From Bacteroidales bacterium (GTDB lineage Bacteria > Bacteroidota > Bacteroidia > Bacteroidales > JAGOPY01), in assembly GCA_019429045.1 (NCBI GenBank), contig JAHYJL010000001.1, forward strand, positions 1,588-65,587: a DNA stretch of 64,000 nt, written 5' to 3'. The notes beneath the pieces were generated by a model. It made no database searches, was not told the DNA's origin, and saw only the letters and a list, made by a program, of their open reading frames with translations. This document shows positions 1 through 12,702 of the stretch, piece after piece. Made by a program: the position numbers and the translations under genes. Each line of letters begins with the position of its first letter. Within the stretch, counting starts at the first letter, position 1.

Positions 1-595
1 GATATTTTACCGCATCTTCATCCGCCTGGTATTCATCGCTCCGGCTGAAAGCCAGGAAGGCAATGCCGGCAGCCAGATCGGCGGCAATTTCCGCAAGCTG
101 GTTGGGGTTCTGGCCCAGGACGATCGACAGTAAAATCTGCAGACCGTAAGCTTTGGTCAGTTGCTGCGTTGAATGGCGGCGGGCGGCATGTGACATCTCG
201 TGCCCCATCACCCCGGCAAATTCGGCTTCGTTATCGAGGAATTTGATCATGTCCGTAAAGAAATAAACGTATCCTCCCGGGGTGCAAAAGGCATTCATGA
301 TCGTATCGTTGATAATGAAAACCTCCCAGACAAACTCCTTGTCATATTTAACCAGGCCCGTGGCAAGGATGGAGTCCCTCACCCGTTCAATGTGACTGTA
401 TGCCTCCGGGTGCTGGTTTTTGTTTAAAACAGGGTACTTCGCCGGATCGCTCTGTATCATCTCTTTCATCTGTAATCCAAATGCCATGTCATCTTCCACA
501 GTGAAGAGATTAACCCCATTGTCGTCTTTACAGGCCGAAAAGAAAAGGATTGCCGGCAGGGCCAATGCCACCAGCAGCCTCATTGGTTTTCTCAT
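1..595 (-). CDS. M48-family zinc metallopeptidase (lipoprotein-like N-terminus); 3' end lies outside the window
   Basis: Minus-strand translation from the ATG at 595 reads MRKPMRLLVALALPAILFFSAC... and later ...FAGVMGHEMSHAARRH (HExxH). It is missing from the ORF track because it runs off the edge. The listed 200..427 + ORF is its antisense shadow. Confidence 0.8.
   Translation of the reverse strand, partial: MRKPMRLLVALALPAILFFSACKDDNGVNLFTVEDDMAFGLQMKEMIQSDPAKYPVLNKNQHPEAYSHIERVRDSILATGLVKYDKEFVWEVFIINDTIMNAFCTPGGYVYFFTDMIKFLDNEAEFAGVMGHEMSHAARRHSTQQLTKAYGLQILLSIVLGQNPNQLAEIAADLAAGIAFLAFSRSDEYQADEDAVKY
367..379. repeat. Copy of the iterated word (GGATGGAGTCCCT on + strand)
   Basis: Exact 13-mer core inside the M48 CDS, read as R-D-S-I on the coding strand. 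Confidence 0.9.
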
Positions 596-615
596 TATAA
601 TTATTTTTTACAAAG

Positions 616-1107
616 TTAAGAAATTATCACGCCAACACCAAATAACCAACACCCAATACCACTCATAACAGAAAGCTCATCAATATCCCCGCTGGCAGTG
701 GCGATCATGAATGAAACGGCACCCAGGACAATGGTCACGATATCGATCAGGGAGGTCTTTGCCGTATCGGCCTGCCTGCGCGTGACACCGCTTTCTTTCA
801 GGATATTCCCGAAGAACAGCATGCCCAGCAGGGGCATGGCTCCGATCCCCAGGAAGATCAACGGCGGATAAATCCCCCGTGTCACCCCCTGGTATAATAT
901 GTTCAATACGCTGCCATCCCGGTGCCGATGGGGATCAGCAGCAAAGGTTCATATTCATAGCGGATCGCCAGGAAAATAAAGACCAACCCAACGATGATCA
1001 GCCGTATTAAATATAGAAATCGTATCATCGGCAAATGAGAATGCCATTTGCAGGAGGGCCACCAGGGCCAGTATCCCAAAAAATGTAAGTGCTCTTTTCC
1101 GGGTCAT
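616..1107 (-). pseudogene. Relic of a Na+-translocating decarboxylase beta subunit (OadB/MmdB-like)
   Basis: Fragments in different frames: MTRKRALTFFGILALVALL..., then [28 protein letters not shown], then the 616..906 ORF ...[14 protein letters not shown]|[16 protein letters not shown].... The last junction looks like an internal deletion. About 490 bp remain where a gene of roughly 1.1-1.3 kb is expected. Confidence 0.6.
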
Positions 1108-1245
1108 CACTATCAGGCTATTTCCATCAGCATATCACCTTTCCCACGACCGTGATGATCAGCCCATCCTGGCCTTCACGCGGTGTTGAGCAACTCGCGT
1201 ATCTCCCGGTGGTAGTCGTGTATAAATCGCTCTTTCACCATGATG

Positions 1246-1656
1246 CTACTTGTTTTTATCCTCGCAGAACTCCGTCAGCACACCCAGTGTCGACTTGGGG
1301 TGCAGGAACGCGATGTGCAATCCTTCTGCCCCTTTGCGCGGCTGCCGGTCGATCAAGCGAATGCCTTTCGCCTCAGTCTCCTGCAGGCATTCTTCCAGGT
1401 TCTCCACGGCAAAAGCCAGGTGATGCACCCCTTCACCCCTATTGGTAATGAATTTGCCGATAGGGCCCTCCGGATCGGTCGACTCCAGTAATTCAATCTT
1501 GGTCTGCCCCACCTTAAAAAATGCCGTCTTTACTTTCTGGTCTTTTACTTCCTCGATGGCATAACATTTCAGCCCAAGGACATCTTCGTAAAAAGGAATG
1601 GCCTCTGCAAGATTTTGAACGGCAATTCCAATGTGCTCAATATGAGATATTTTCAT
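1246..1656 (-). CDS. mce: Methylmalonyl-CoA epimerase (VOC/glyoxalase fold)
   Basis: The 136 aa ORF (MKISHIEHIGIAVQNL...GVHHLAFAV...) has the typical size and motifs of the epimerase family. Confidence 0.75.
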   Translation of the reverse strand: MKISHIEHIGIAVQNLAEAIPFYEDVLGLKCYAIEEVKDQKVKTAFFKVGQTKIELLESTDPEGPIGKFITNRGEGVHHLAFAVENLEECLQETEAKGIRLIDRQPRKGAEGLHIAFLHPKSTLGVLTEFCEDKNK

Positions 1657-1745
1657 AATAATTCTTTTATTGTGAAATTTTTCACAAAAGTAATAAATAT
1701 GATAGAAACTGCAATAAAAGGCCTGAATTTATTATGAGAAAGGAT

Positions 1746-1982
1746 TTATTCCGAAAGGATGAGCACCTTGTTATTCAATACCTCGACAATTCCCCCCTTG
1801 ATCTCGATATACTGCAGTTGGTCTTTATCGTCGCGAAGCTTCACCCGGCCTTTTTTGAGCACGGCGATCATCGGGGCATGATTCCAGAGGACTGCGAACA
1901 AACCGTCGACACCCGGCATTTGCACCATGCTTACCTTGCCGGTATACAACGTCTGGTCAGGAGTGATGATTTCGAGCGTCAT
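1746..1982 (-). CDS. atpC: F0F1 ATP synthase subunit epsilon (short Bacteroidota form)
   Basis: 78 aa ORF immediately downstream of atpD, beginning MTLEIITPDQTLYTGKV..MVQMPGVDG. Confidence 0.85.
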   Translation of the reverse strand: MTLEIITPDQTLYTGKVSMVQMPGVDGLFAVLWNHAPMIAVLKKGRVKLRDDKDQLQYIEIKGGIVEVLNNKVLILSE

Positions 1983-1989
1983 GGAAGGT

Positions 1990-2051
1990 GTTTCTTGTTT
2001 CTTGTTTCTTGTTTCTTGTTTCGGGACCGCTGACCGCCGACCGCCGACCGC

Positions 2052-2052
<1 letters not shown>
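1990..2052. repeat. Two abutting heptamer arrays: (GTTTCTT)~4.7 at 1990..2022 and (ACCGCYG)~3.9 at 2026..2052
   Basis: Read directly from the sequence. Together they fill the atpD-atpC spacer up to the atpD stop codon. Confidence 0.9.
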
Positions 2053-4521
<2,469 letters not shown>

Positions 4522-4663
4522 AGCTTAGCTTTTTCGTTAGCAAAATCAGACCTGCAAAATTATGTTTTTGTTAATTGTTTAACAATTTGTAGAGAAAAAT
4601 CTGTGGCTTTGCGACAAAAAATTCGTTGATTAAAAAAGATTTGTCTATCAGAATTTTAATCGT

Positions 4664-4671
4664 TAATTTTG
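4664..4671 (+). promoter_or_regulatory. Candidate Bacteroidota -7 box (TAATTTTG)
   Basis: Matches TAnnTTTG about 36 nt upstream of the yceD-like ATG. Confidence 0.3.
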
Positions 4672-4706
4672 CCGCCCAATTTTTAGGAGGGAATATTGTG
4701 GATTAC

Positions 4707-5228
4707 ATGCGACAATTTGTGATCCCTTTCGGCGGGTTAAAGGCAGGAAATTATAATTTTGCCTTCGAAATTGACGATGAGTTCTTTGAGAATTTCGAAT
4801 ACTCGGAGGTCGGCGAAGGGAGGGTACAGGTGGTTTGCCGGTTGGAAAGGCAGGAGCGGATGCTCATCTTTCATTTCCATTTCACCGGCCTGGTAACCAT
4901 TGCCTGCGACCGGTGCGGACAGGACTACAAACAGCCGCTTGACGGAGAAACCCGTCTGATCGTCAAGTACGGAAGTGAGCACCAGGAGGTTTCGGAAGAA
5001 GTGTTGATGATCCATGAAAAGGAAAATGAAATCGATCTGAGCCAGTTTTTCTACGAGTACATCCATTTGCTGCTTCCCATGAAAAGGGTACATGGCGAAA
5101 ATACAGCCGGAGAGAGTCTCTGCGACCCGGAAATCACTCGTTTCATCAGCGAAGATAAGACGCCACAGGTCGACCCCCGGTGGGAGAAGCTTAAACAGTT
5201 AAAAGATAATACGAACCAGGAAAATTAA
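4707..5228 (+). CDS. YceD/DUF177 family protein
   Basis: Position upstream of rpmF-plsX-fabH is the classic context. The family-like sequence begins at MRQFVIPFGGLKAGNYNF, so the ATG at 4707 is preferred over the track start at 4626. Confidence 0.75.
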   Translation: MRQFVIPFGGLKAGNYNFAFEIDDEFFENFEYSEVGEGRVQVVCRLERQERMLIFHFHFTGLVTIACDRCGQDYKQPLDGETRLIVKYGSEHQEVSEEVLMIHEKENEIDLSQFFYEYIHLLLPMKRVHGENTAGESLCDPEITRFISEDKTPQVDPRWEKLKQLKDNTNQEN

Positions 5229-5240
5229 TTTTAAAACGAT

Positions 5241-5429
5241 ATGCCACATCCAAAGCGTAAACACTCGAAAACCAGAAGGGACAAGAGAAGGACCCATGAC
5301 AAGATTGAAAAGCCCACGCTGGCCAAATGCCCGGCAACCGGGGCCATTCATGTTTATCACCGCGCCTATTATGTCGATGGCGACCTTTACTACAAAGGCA
5401 AGCTGGTGATGAGCAAAACCGGGGAATAA
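5241..5429 (+). CDS. rpmF: 50S ribosomal protein L32
   Basis: 62 aa ORF beginning MPHPKRKHSKTRRDKRR. Confidence 0.95.
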   Translation: MPHPKRKHSKTRRDKRRTHDKIEKPTLAKCPATGAIHVYHRAYYVDGDLYYKGKLVMSKTGE

Positions 5430-5454
5430 ATTATTTCCCATTAACTTTGCAAAT

Positions 5455-6417
5455 ATGAAAATAGGACTGGATGTTATGGGAGGGGATTTTGCCCCTGATG
5501 CCACCATATCAGGTGCATACAAAGCCTTGACTGAGATATCCCCTAATGACCGGATCGTGATGATCGGCCCGCAGCAGGTGATCATGGACAGTGTGAAGAA
5601 GATCGGCTGCAACCCGGATCACTTCGATATCGTAGATGCCCCTGAGGTGATTGGCATGAGCGAACATCCGACCCGCGCTATCATGCAAAAACCCAAATCG
5701 GGCATTGCGGTTGGTTTTCATTTGCTCAAGCATGGCCAGATTGATGCTTTCGCCAGCGCCGGTAACAGCGGCGCCATGGTGGTCGGATCTATTTACAGCG
5801 TCAATACCATACAAGGGATAATCCGGCCCTGTACCTCAGTGATCATACCCAAAGAAAACGGTTCCCTTGGTATTTTGCTCGACGTGGGCACCATTCCCGA
5901 TCCCAAACCCGATGTGATGTACCAGTTCGGTATCCTGGGTTCTATTTACGCCCATTACATCTACAAGATTGAAAATCCCCGCGTGGCCTTGCTCAACCTG
6001 GGCCACGAAGCAGAAAAAGGGAGCCTGTTGTGCCAGTCTGCTTACCAGCTGATGAAAGACACGAAAGATTTCAATTTTGTCGGAAATATTGAAGGACGGG
6101 ATATCTTGAAAGATAAAGCCGAGGTGATCGTTTGTGACGGGTTTACCGGCAACGTGGTGCTCAAACTGATGGAATCGGTCTACCGGATGCTGGTAAAGCG
6201 GGGGTTCCATGATGAATATATCGACCGTATGAATTACGAAAACTACGGCGGCACACCGTTGCTCGGGGTCAATGCTTCCGTTATCGTCGGGCATGGTATC
6301 TCCAACAGCACCGCTATCAAGAATATGATTATCCTTTCCAAGGAGGTGTATGAAGCAGAACTTTCCAAAAAGATTCAGCAGGCTTTAATAAAGCATTCTC
6401 TCAATCAAAAAGAATAA
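5455..6417 (+). CDS. plsX: Phosphate acyltransferase PlsX
   Basis: 320 aa ORF ([14 protein letters not shown]...) in the rpmF-plsX-fabH order. Confidence 0.95.
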   Translation: MKIGLDVMGGDFAPDATISGAYKALTEISPNDRIVMIGPQQVIMDSVKKIGCNPDHFDIVDAPEVIGMSEHPTRAIMQKPKSGIAVGFHLLKHGQIDAFASAGNSGAMVVGSIYSVNTIQGIIRPCTSVIIPKENGSLGILLDVGTIPDPKPDVMYQFGILGSIYAHYIYKIENPRVALLNLGHEAEKGSLLCQSAYQLMKDTKDFNFVGNIEGRDILKDKAEVIVCDGFTGNVVLKLMESVYRMLVKRGFHDEYIDRMNYENYGGTPLLGVNASVIVGHGISNSTAIKNMIILSKEVYEAELSKKIQQALIKHSLNQKE

Positions 6418-6424
6418 TCGCAGC

Positions 6425-7423
6425 ATGCAAAAGATCAGGGCCGCCATTACCGGGATTCATTGCTGGGTGCCGGATTTTGTATTGACAAACGAAGAATTGG
6501 AGAAGATCGTCGATACAAATGACGAGTGGATTATGACCCGCACGGGCATAAAGGAAAGACGGATCATGCGGGAGCCGGGCAAAGGCACCTCCGATATCGG
6601 CGCCCCGGCCGTCACAGGCCTGCTGGAAAAAACCGGCACAAAGCCAGAGGAGGTTGAACTGCTCATCTGCGCCACAGTCACCCCCGATTATGCATTCCCG
6701 GCCACTGCCAATGTGATCAGCGATAAGTGCGGGCTGAAAAACGCCTGGAGCTTTGATATCAATGCAGCCTGTTCGGGATTTGTCTTTGCCCTGGAAACAG
6801 GAAGGAAATTCATCGAGTCGGGTCAATATAAAAAAGTCATCATCGTCGGTGCGGAAAAGATGTCGATGATGGTCGATTACACCGACCGGGCTACATGTGT
6901 GCTTTTCGGCGACGCCGCCGGCGCTATCATGCTGGAGCCAACCACAGAAGAGGTTGGGGTGATGGACTCCATCCTGAAAACTGACGGCTCAGGCAGGCAA
7001 TACCTTCAACAGAAAGGCGGCGGGGCAGTCAAGCCTGCATCCCAGGAAACCATCGATTTCAGGGAACATTACATATACCAGGAAGGGCAGGCGGTTTTTA
7101 AATTCGCTGTGGTGGGCATGGCCGATGTCTCCGTGGAGATCATGAAAAGAAACAACCTGACAGCCGACGATATCGCTTACCTGGTCCCACACCAGGCCAA
7201 TCTGCGCATCATTGACGCTACCGCCAAAAGGATGGGCCTGCAGAAAGAGAAAGTCATGATCAATATCGAAAGATACGGGAATACTACCTCCGCCACGATC
7301 CCGCTCTGTATCTGGGAATGGGAAAAACAGCTTAAAAAAGGCGATAACCTGATCCTCTCTGCCTTTGGCGGCGGATTTACCTGGGGAGCCATTTGGGTAA
7401 AATGGGCCTACGATCCCAAATAA
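6425..7423 (+). CDS. fabH: 3-oxoacyl-ACP synthase III
   Basis: 332 aa ORF with active-site context NAACSGF and the ...HQAN...GNTS... motifs. Confidence 0.95.
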   Translation: MQKIRAAITGIHCWVPDFVLTNEELEKIVDTNDEWIMTRTGIKERRIMREPGKGTSDIGAPAVTGLLEKTGTKPEEVELLICATVTPDYAFPATANVISDKCGLKNAWSFDINAACSGFVFALETGRKFIESGQYKKVIIVGAEKMSMMVDYTDRATCVLFGDAAGAIMLEPTTEEVGVMDSILKTDGSGRQYLQQKGGGAVKPASQETIDFREHYIYQEGQAVFKFAVVGMADVSVEIMKRNNLTADDIAYLVPHQANLRIIDATAKRMGLQKEKVMINIERYGNTTSATIPLCIWEWEKQLKKGDNLILSAFGGGFTWGAIWVKWAYDPK

Positions 7424-7872
7424 GCACACGCATCATCCGGTTCAGGAATGTCCGGGAACCACGAATGGCCGAAAAGGCGCTCGCCATCCGGCATGAGGTG
7501 TTTGTGAAAGGCCAGAATGTCGATCCGGCCCTCGAATACGAGCATGAAGATGATGCCCATCACTACCTGCTCCTTCTTGATGAAAAACCGGCGGCCACCG
7601 CCCGCTGGCGGGAAACGGAAAGCGGGATCAAACTGGAAAGGTTTGCCACACTGGAAGAATACCGTAACAAGGGATTTGGCGCTGCACTGCTGAAAGAAAT
7701 CCTGAAAGATATCATCCCGCTAAAAAAGAAAATTTACCTTCATTCCCAGCTCACCGCAGTTAAATTTTATGAAAAATACGGGTTTGTCAAAGAGGGAGAG
7801 ATCTTTTTCGAGGCAAACATCGGGCACTACAAAATGATTTTTGCTTCCGGTTCATCCGTGCCATCGCAGTAA
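7393..7872 (+). CDS. GNAT family N-acetyltransferase (start uncertain)
   Basis: 159 aa ORF with ...[10 protein letters not shown]... (acetyl-CoA binding motif A). It overlaps the fabH end by 31 nt, so the true start may lie further downstream. Confidence 0.7.
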   Translation: MGKMGLRSQISTRIIRFRNVREPRMAEKALAIRHEVFVKGQNVDPALEYEHEDDAHHYLLLLDEKPAATARWRETESGIKLERFATLEEYRNKGFGAALLKEILKDIIPLKKKIYLHSQLTAVKFYEKYGFVKEGEIFFEANIGHYKMIFASGSSVPSQ

Positions 7873-7890
7873 TGGCAATGCGTATGCAAG

Positions 7891-9153
7891 TTAAACAGGG
7901 ACTCCATCCCAAACCAGTTTATACAATTTATCAGACAAGCGGAGAAAAGTGCCGACCGGTATGGTGATCAGATCCCCCTGTCCGGCAGAGTCAACTTGAC
8001 GATCATCTTTCCAGATTTCTCTCACCTTATCCTCCACAACCCCTGTGGTGGGTCCAAGGATAAGGATATCATCCCCCACGGCAACCGGATGGGCCTCCAC
8101 TTTGATCTCCGCAACGCAGGCTTTGGCGTAGTAATTCATGATCTTTCCCACATACACTTTCCTCCGGGTAGCTTTGGAGCCATGCTGATCGGACCATTCG
8201 CCGGTTTTTCGCCCGAGGTAGTAGCCGTCCCAGAAGCCGCGGTTGTAAACAGTTTCGAGTTTCGAGTTCCAGGTTTCGAGTTTCTCTTTTGTAAACGTCT
8301 CTTCCAGAACTGCCTGGACTGCTTCGTGGTAAACACGGGTGACGGTTTTAACGTATTCGGGTGACCTGCCGCGGCCTTCGATTTTGAGTATCCTCACCCC
8401 CGCATCCAGGATCTGATCAAGGAAGTCGATAGTCTTGAGATCTTTGGGCGACATGATGTATTCATTATCGATGACCAGTTCCACCTCCCCGTCCCGGTCG
8501 AACACCCGGTAAGGGCGGCGGCAGAGCTGCAGGCAGGCGCCGCGATTGGCCGAAGAATTCATATTGTCGAGGCTCAGGTAGCATTTCCCGGATACGGCCA
8601 TGCAGAGGGCGCCGTGGATAAAGACTTCGATCCTTACCAACCGGCCTGAAGGGCCCTTTATCTGCTCGTTTTCAATAGCTTCCGTGATCGCCTTCACCTG
8701 GCGCAACTCCAGCTCACGGGCTGTTACCATCACATCTGCATAGCGGGAAAAGTAGCGGACCGCCTCGATGTTGGTGATGTTCGCCTGGGTGGAGATATGC
8801 ACTTCCATGCCAGCCTGGTTCGCATACTGAATAACGGCATGATCGGAAGCGATGATGGCATCGATGCCTGCCTCTTTTGCCGCATCGGTTATCCGGCGCA
8901 TCATTTCCAGCTCCTCATCGAAAATAACGGTGTTCAATGTAAGATATGTCCGGATACCCTTTTCCCGGCAGATAGATGAGATAGTATGCAGGTTCTCCAG
9001 GGTGAAATTGATAGTCGACCTGGAGCGCATGTTCAGGTGCCCCACCCCGAAATAGACCGAACCGGCCCCTCCCTGGATCGCCGCCGTCAGGGATTCAAAG
9101 GAACCTACCGGTGACATGATTTCAATATCTTTGGAAATCGGCATATTATACAT
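7891..9153 (-). CDS. Peptidase U32 family protein
   Basis: 420 aa ORF carrying the U32 signature region EVFIHGALCMAVSGKCYLS. Confidence 0.85.
   Translation of the reverse strand: MYNMPISKDIEIMSPVGSFESLTAAIQGGAGSVYFGVGHLNMRSRSTINFTLENLHTISSICREKGIRTYLTLNTVIFDEELEMMRRITDAAKEAGIDAIIASDHAVIQYANQAGMEVHISTQANITNIEAVRYFSRYADVMVTARELELRQVKAITEAIENEQIKGPSGRLVRIEVFIHGALCMAVSGKCYLSLDNMNSSANRGACLQLCRRPYRVFDRDGEVELVIDNEYIMSPKDLKTIDFLDQILDAGVRILKIEGRGRSPEYVKTVTRVYHEAVQAVLEETFTKEKLETWNSKLETVYNRGFWDGYYLGRKTGEWSDQHGSKATRRKVYVGKIMNYYAKACVAEIKVEAHPVAVGDDILILGPTTGVVEDKVREIWKDDRQVDSAGQGDLITIPVGTFLRLSDKLYKLVWDGVPV
7896..7910. repeat. Copy of the iterated word (CAGGGACTCCATCCC)
   Basis: Forms the last codons of the U32 peptidase (...W-D-G-V-P-V-stop on the minus strand). 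Confidence 0.9.
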
Positions 9154-9157
9154 TAAA

Positions 9158-9271
9158 GGTTTCCAACCCTGGGGTTTCCAACCCCATTTACCGGCAAAGT
9201 TAAGCCGAATTTGGATATCGTCTGAGCGGCATTGTAAAAATGAGGGTTTCCAACCCTGGGGTTTCCAACCC
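9158..9271. repeat. Two dimers of a 14-nt mini-hairpin unit (GGGGTTTCCAACCC) at 9158..9185 and 9244..9271
   Basis: GGTTTCCAACCCTGGGGTTTCCAACCCC and GGGTTTCCAACCCTGGGGTTTCCAACCC, 58 nt apart, in the divergent U32/phosphatase spacer. Each unit is GGGGTT-TCC-AACCCC. Confidence 0.9.
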
Positions 9272-9312
9272 TTTTATTTATTTTTGCTGCCAATTCAGCA
9301 TATATTCCCATT

Positions 9313-10779
9313 ATGATTAACAGAAAATATTTCCTCCGCATTTTATGGATCACAATCTGGATTCTAGCCGCGCACATCAACATTCTGGCAAATACCTATT
9401 ATGAGGGTGAACCGAAGAACGTTAAATATGTGTTTTTATTTATCGGCGACGGCATGGGCCATGCACAGGTCAGCACCACGGAAGCATACCTGGCAGCGCT
9501 TAAAGGCAATACCGGATTCGAGCCGCTCAATTTTTCCGGCTTTCCACACATAGGTCAAAGCACCACATATGCCAACAACCGGTTGATCACCGGTTCCGCA
9601 GCGGCCGGTACAGCGCTGGCCACAGGTAAAAAAACCAATATCAACCGTATCTCTATGGACCCGGCAGCAACGGTTCCTTACGAAACCATAGCGGAAAAAG
9701 CGAAAAAGCAAGGCTTTAAGGTTGGCATTGTGACCAGCGTCTCGATCGACCATGCCACCCCGGCTGTTTTTTATGCCCACCAACCCGACCGCGATATGTA
9801 TTTTGAAATAGGCATTGATTTGATAAACAGCGGATTTGATTATTTTGCCGGGGGTGGTTTCCTGATCCCCGACGGCATGTGGAACGATCAGGAGGTGAAC
9901 CTGACCACCCTGGCGGCTGAAAAAGGTTACGCTGTGGTCAATTCCGCAGAAGCCTTCCGGAACCTGAAACCTGGCAACGGAAAATCACTGGTTCTATCAC
10001 CCAGGACAGCGGGCGGGGCCTCGCTGCCTTATGCCATCGACACCCATCCCGGCGACCTGACACTGGCCGATTTTACGGCAAAGGGGATTGAGATGCTTTC
10101 AGGAGATGAAGGCTTTTTCATGATGATTGAAGGGGGGAAGATCGACTGGCTGGGCCATGCCAACGATGCGGCTTCTTTGGTTCGCGAGATGATCGCTTTT
10201 AGCGAAGCTGTGGACAAAGCATTGGATTTTTATCACGAATACCCTGAAAACACGCTGATCATTGTCACTTCAGACCATGAAACGGGTGGACTGTCGCTCG
10301 GCCATGTCGCCACGAAATATGAAACCAATGTGGAATTGTTAAAGTACCAGCGCTCATCGGTGGAAGAGCTGAACAAGATCGTCGCCCATTTCCGGGTAAA
10401 CCAGTCGGGTGATTCTGAAGAAGATTTTAACCGCATGCTGCGGGCGCTGGAATTCGACCTGGGCCTGCACAACAGGAAGTACGGGACCCTGCTGGATGAT
10501 GAGGAAATGGCTGTCCTCAAAGAACTTTTCATGACGACCGTTATGGGTATCGGAACCGAAAAAGGGTCGTATGGGTACTCCGAACCTTTCATGGCCAAAG
10601 CCATCGAGATCATGAACAAGAAAGCGGGCATTGCCTGGGGAACAGGTTCGCATACCGGCGTCAATGTCCCGGTTTACGCCATCGGAACAGGTGCAGAACG
10701 ATTTACCGGGGTGATAGATAATACGGATATTCCGAAGATTATCGGGGAGCTAATGGGAGTTCTGAGTTCTGAGTTCTGA
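9313..10779 (+). CDS. Alkaline phosphatase (PhoA family), secreted
   Basis: 488 aa ORF with a signal-like N-terminus and the motifs FIGDGMG, ...DHATPA... and ...TSDHETGG.... Confidence 0.9.
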   Translation: MINRKYFLRILWITIWILAAHINILANTYYEGEPKNVKYVFLFIGDGMGHAQVSTTEAYLAALKGNTGFEPLNFSGFPHIGQSTTYANNRLITGSAAAGTALATGKKTNINRISMDPAATVPYETIAEKAKKQGFKVGIVTSVSIDHATPAVFYAHQPDRDMYFEIGIDLINSGFDYFAGGGFLIPDGMWNDQEVNLTTLAAEKGYAVVNSAEAFRNLKPGNGKSLVLSPRTAGGASLPYAIDTHPGDLTLADFTAKGIEMLSGDEGFFMMIEGGKIDWLGHANDAASLVREMIAFSEAVDKALDFYHEYPENTLIIVTSDHETGGLSLGHVATKYETNVELLKYQRSSVEELNKIVAHFRVNQSGDSEEDFNRMLRALEFDLGLHNRKYGTLLDDEEMAVLKELFMTTVMGIGTEKGSYGYSEPFMAKAIEIMNKKAGIAWGTGSHTGVNVPVYAIGTGAERFTGVIDNTDIPKIIGELMGVLSSEF

Positions 10780-10874
10780 GTTCTGAGTTCTGAGTTCTGA
10801 GTTCTGAGTTCTGAGTTCTGAGTTTTGAGTTCTGAGTTCTGAGTTCTGAGTTCTGAGTTTTGAGTTTTGAGTTA
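10757..10874. repeat. (GAGTTCT/GAGTTTT) heptamer array, about 17 units
   Basis: Read directly. It begins 21 nt before the phosphatase stop codon and encodes ...VLSSEF-stop. Confidence 0.95.
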
Positions 10875-10886
10875 CGGATTTAATCT

Positions 10887-10930
10887 TACAGTCCTACAGT
10901 CCTACCGTCCTACAGTCCTACCGTCCTAAC
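10887..10930. repeat. (TACMGTCC) octamer array, about 5 units
   Basis: Read directly. It overlaps the aspS 3' end, where the minus strand reads ...R-T-V-G-L-stop. Confidence 0.9.
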
Positions 10931-12658
10931 ACCCAGCTCCTTCAATTGTTCACCGGAGATCTCCGCGGGCGAATCGATCATCATGTCCTGTCCTGCATTA
11001 TTCTTTGGGAAGGCGATGACGTCGCGGATGGAGTCCACCCCGGCGAAGAGGGCTACCCAGCGGTCGAAACCGAAGGCGATGCCGCCGTGCGGCGGGGCGC
11101 CGTATTCGAAGGCGTTCATCAGGAAGCCGAACTGGGCCTGGGCGTCTTCGTCGGTGAATCCCAGGATCTGGAACATTTTCTTCTGCAGCTCTTTGTTGTG
11201 GATACGGACTGAGCCTCCACCGATCTCCACCCCGTTGATTACCAGGTCATAGGCATTGGCGCGGACCATGCGCGGATCGGTGTCAAGCAGCGGTATGTCC
11301 TCCGGTTTGGGAGAGGTGAACGGGTGGTGCATAGCGTAGAAGCGTTTTGTTTCCTCATCCCACTCGAGCAATGGGAAATCGAGCACCCATAGTGGCCGGA
11401 ACTCCTCCGGGTTGCGCAGGCCAAGGCGGCTGCCCATTTCCAGGCGCAGCTTGTTGAGCGCCTTACGGGTTTTATAAGTGTCGCCCGCCAGGATCAGGAT
11501 CAGGTCGCCCGGTTTGGCTTTGAATGCTTCAGTGACTTTCTGCAAATCCTCCGGGCTGTAAAACTTATCCACCGAGGATTTCAGAGAGCCATTAGGTTTG
11601 TACTGGATGTAGACCAATCCTTTTGCGCCGATCTGCGGCTTTTTGACAAATTCAGTCAGATCGTCGAGCTGTTTTCTCGAATACTCTGCGCAACCTTCCG
11701 CGCAGATTCCGACCACGAGTTCCGCGAAATCAAATACCGAAAAGCCTTTGTTCTTCAGTAAATCCTTCAATTCGACGAATTTCATCTCAAAGCGGATGTC
11801 AGGTTTGTCGGAGCCGTAGTATTTCATCGCGTCGGCATAGCTCATGCGCGGGAAGCTGCCCGGGTCGATGCCTTTAATAGCTTTGAAGAGGTGCCGGCCC
11901 AATCCTTCAAAGGTGTTTAATATATCTTCCTGGGTGACGAAGGCCATTTCGCAATCGATCTGGGTGAACTCGGGTTGGCGATCAGCGCGCAGGTCCTCAT
12001 CGCGGAAGCAGCGGACGATCTGGTAGTATCGGTCATAACCGGCCACCATGAGGATCTGCTTGAAGGTCTGGGGCGACTGCGGCAGGGCGTAGAACTTTCC
12101 ATGGTGCACGCGGGAAGGGACAACGAAGTCGCGGGCCCCTTCCGGGGTGGACTTGATCAGGAAAGGTGTTTCTATTTCGAGGAAACCCTGGGCATCCATG
12201 TAATTGCGGGTTTCGATGGCCATGCGGTGGCGCAGTTCCAGGTTGCGGCGCAGCGGGTTCCGCCGGAGGTCGAGATAACGGTAGCGCATGCGCAGTTCTT
12301 CCCCCCCGTCGGTCTCTTCTTCGATGGTGAACGGCGGCACTTTGGATGCGTTCAGCACTTCAAGCTTTTCCACCATGATCTCAATCTCTCCCGTGGGGAT
12401 CTTCAGGTTCTTGGAGCTGCGTTCGATAACCTTGCCGGTGGCGGCGATCACGAATTCACGGCCCAGCTTGCGGGCTTGCAGGCAGAGCTCCGGGTTGGTC
12501 TCCATGTTGAAGGCGAGCTGTGTCAGGCCGTAGCGATCGCGCAGGTCGACAAAGGTCATGCCACCGAGGTCGCGGGAGCGCTGCACCCAGCCGCTGAGGG
12601 TGACGGATTTGCCGGTATCGGAAAGGCGGAGCTGGCCGCAGGTATGTGTGCGAAGCAT
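10910..12658 (-). CDS. aspS: Aspartate--tRNA ligase
   Basis: 582 aa ORF with class II motifs and conservation along its full length. Confidence 0.97.
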   Translation of the reverse strand: MLRTHTCGQLRLSDTGKSVTLSGWVQRSRDLGGMTFVDLRDRYGLTQLAFNMETNPELCLQARKLGREFVIAATGKVIERSSKNLKIPTGEIEIMVEKLEVLNASKVPPFTIEEETDGGEELRMRYRYLDLRRNPLRRNLELRHRMAIETRNYMDAQGFLEIETPFLIKSTPEGARDFVVPSRVHHGKFYALPQSPQTFKQILMVAGYDRYYQIVRCFRDEDLRADRQPEFTQIDCEMAFVTQEDILNTFEGLGRHLFKAIKGIDPGSFPRMSYADAMKYYGSDKPDIRFEMKFVELKDLLKNKGFSVFDFAELVVGICAEGCAEYSRKQLDDLTEFVKKPQIGAKGLVYIQYKPNGSLKSSVDKFYSPEDLQKVTEAFKAKPGDLILILAGDTYKTRKALNKLRLEMGSRLGLRNPEEFRPLWVLDFPLLEWDEETKRFYAMHHPFTSPKPEDIPLLDTDPRMVRANAYDLVINGVEIGGGSVRIHNKELQKKMFQILGFTDEDAQAQFGFLMNAFEYGAPPHGGIAFGFDRWVALFAGVDSIRDVIAFPKNNAGQDMMIDSPAEISGEQLKELGVRTVGL

Positions 12659-12702
12659 AGATGATTGGCTTTAGTGATTCAGGGTGCGAAGATAGTAAAA
12701 AA

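Noticed and set aside
5199-5612. 137-aa minus-strand ORF overlapping rpmF and plsX
   Set aside because: It is antisense to two highly conserved genes and has no recognisable motif.
10757-10930. The tandem arrays as possible CRISPR arrays
   Set aside because: The units are 7-8 nt with no unique spacers between them, and no cas genes are present. They are microsatellite-like, not CRISPR.
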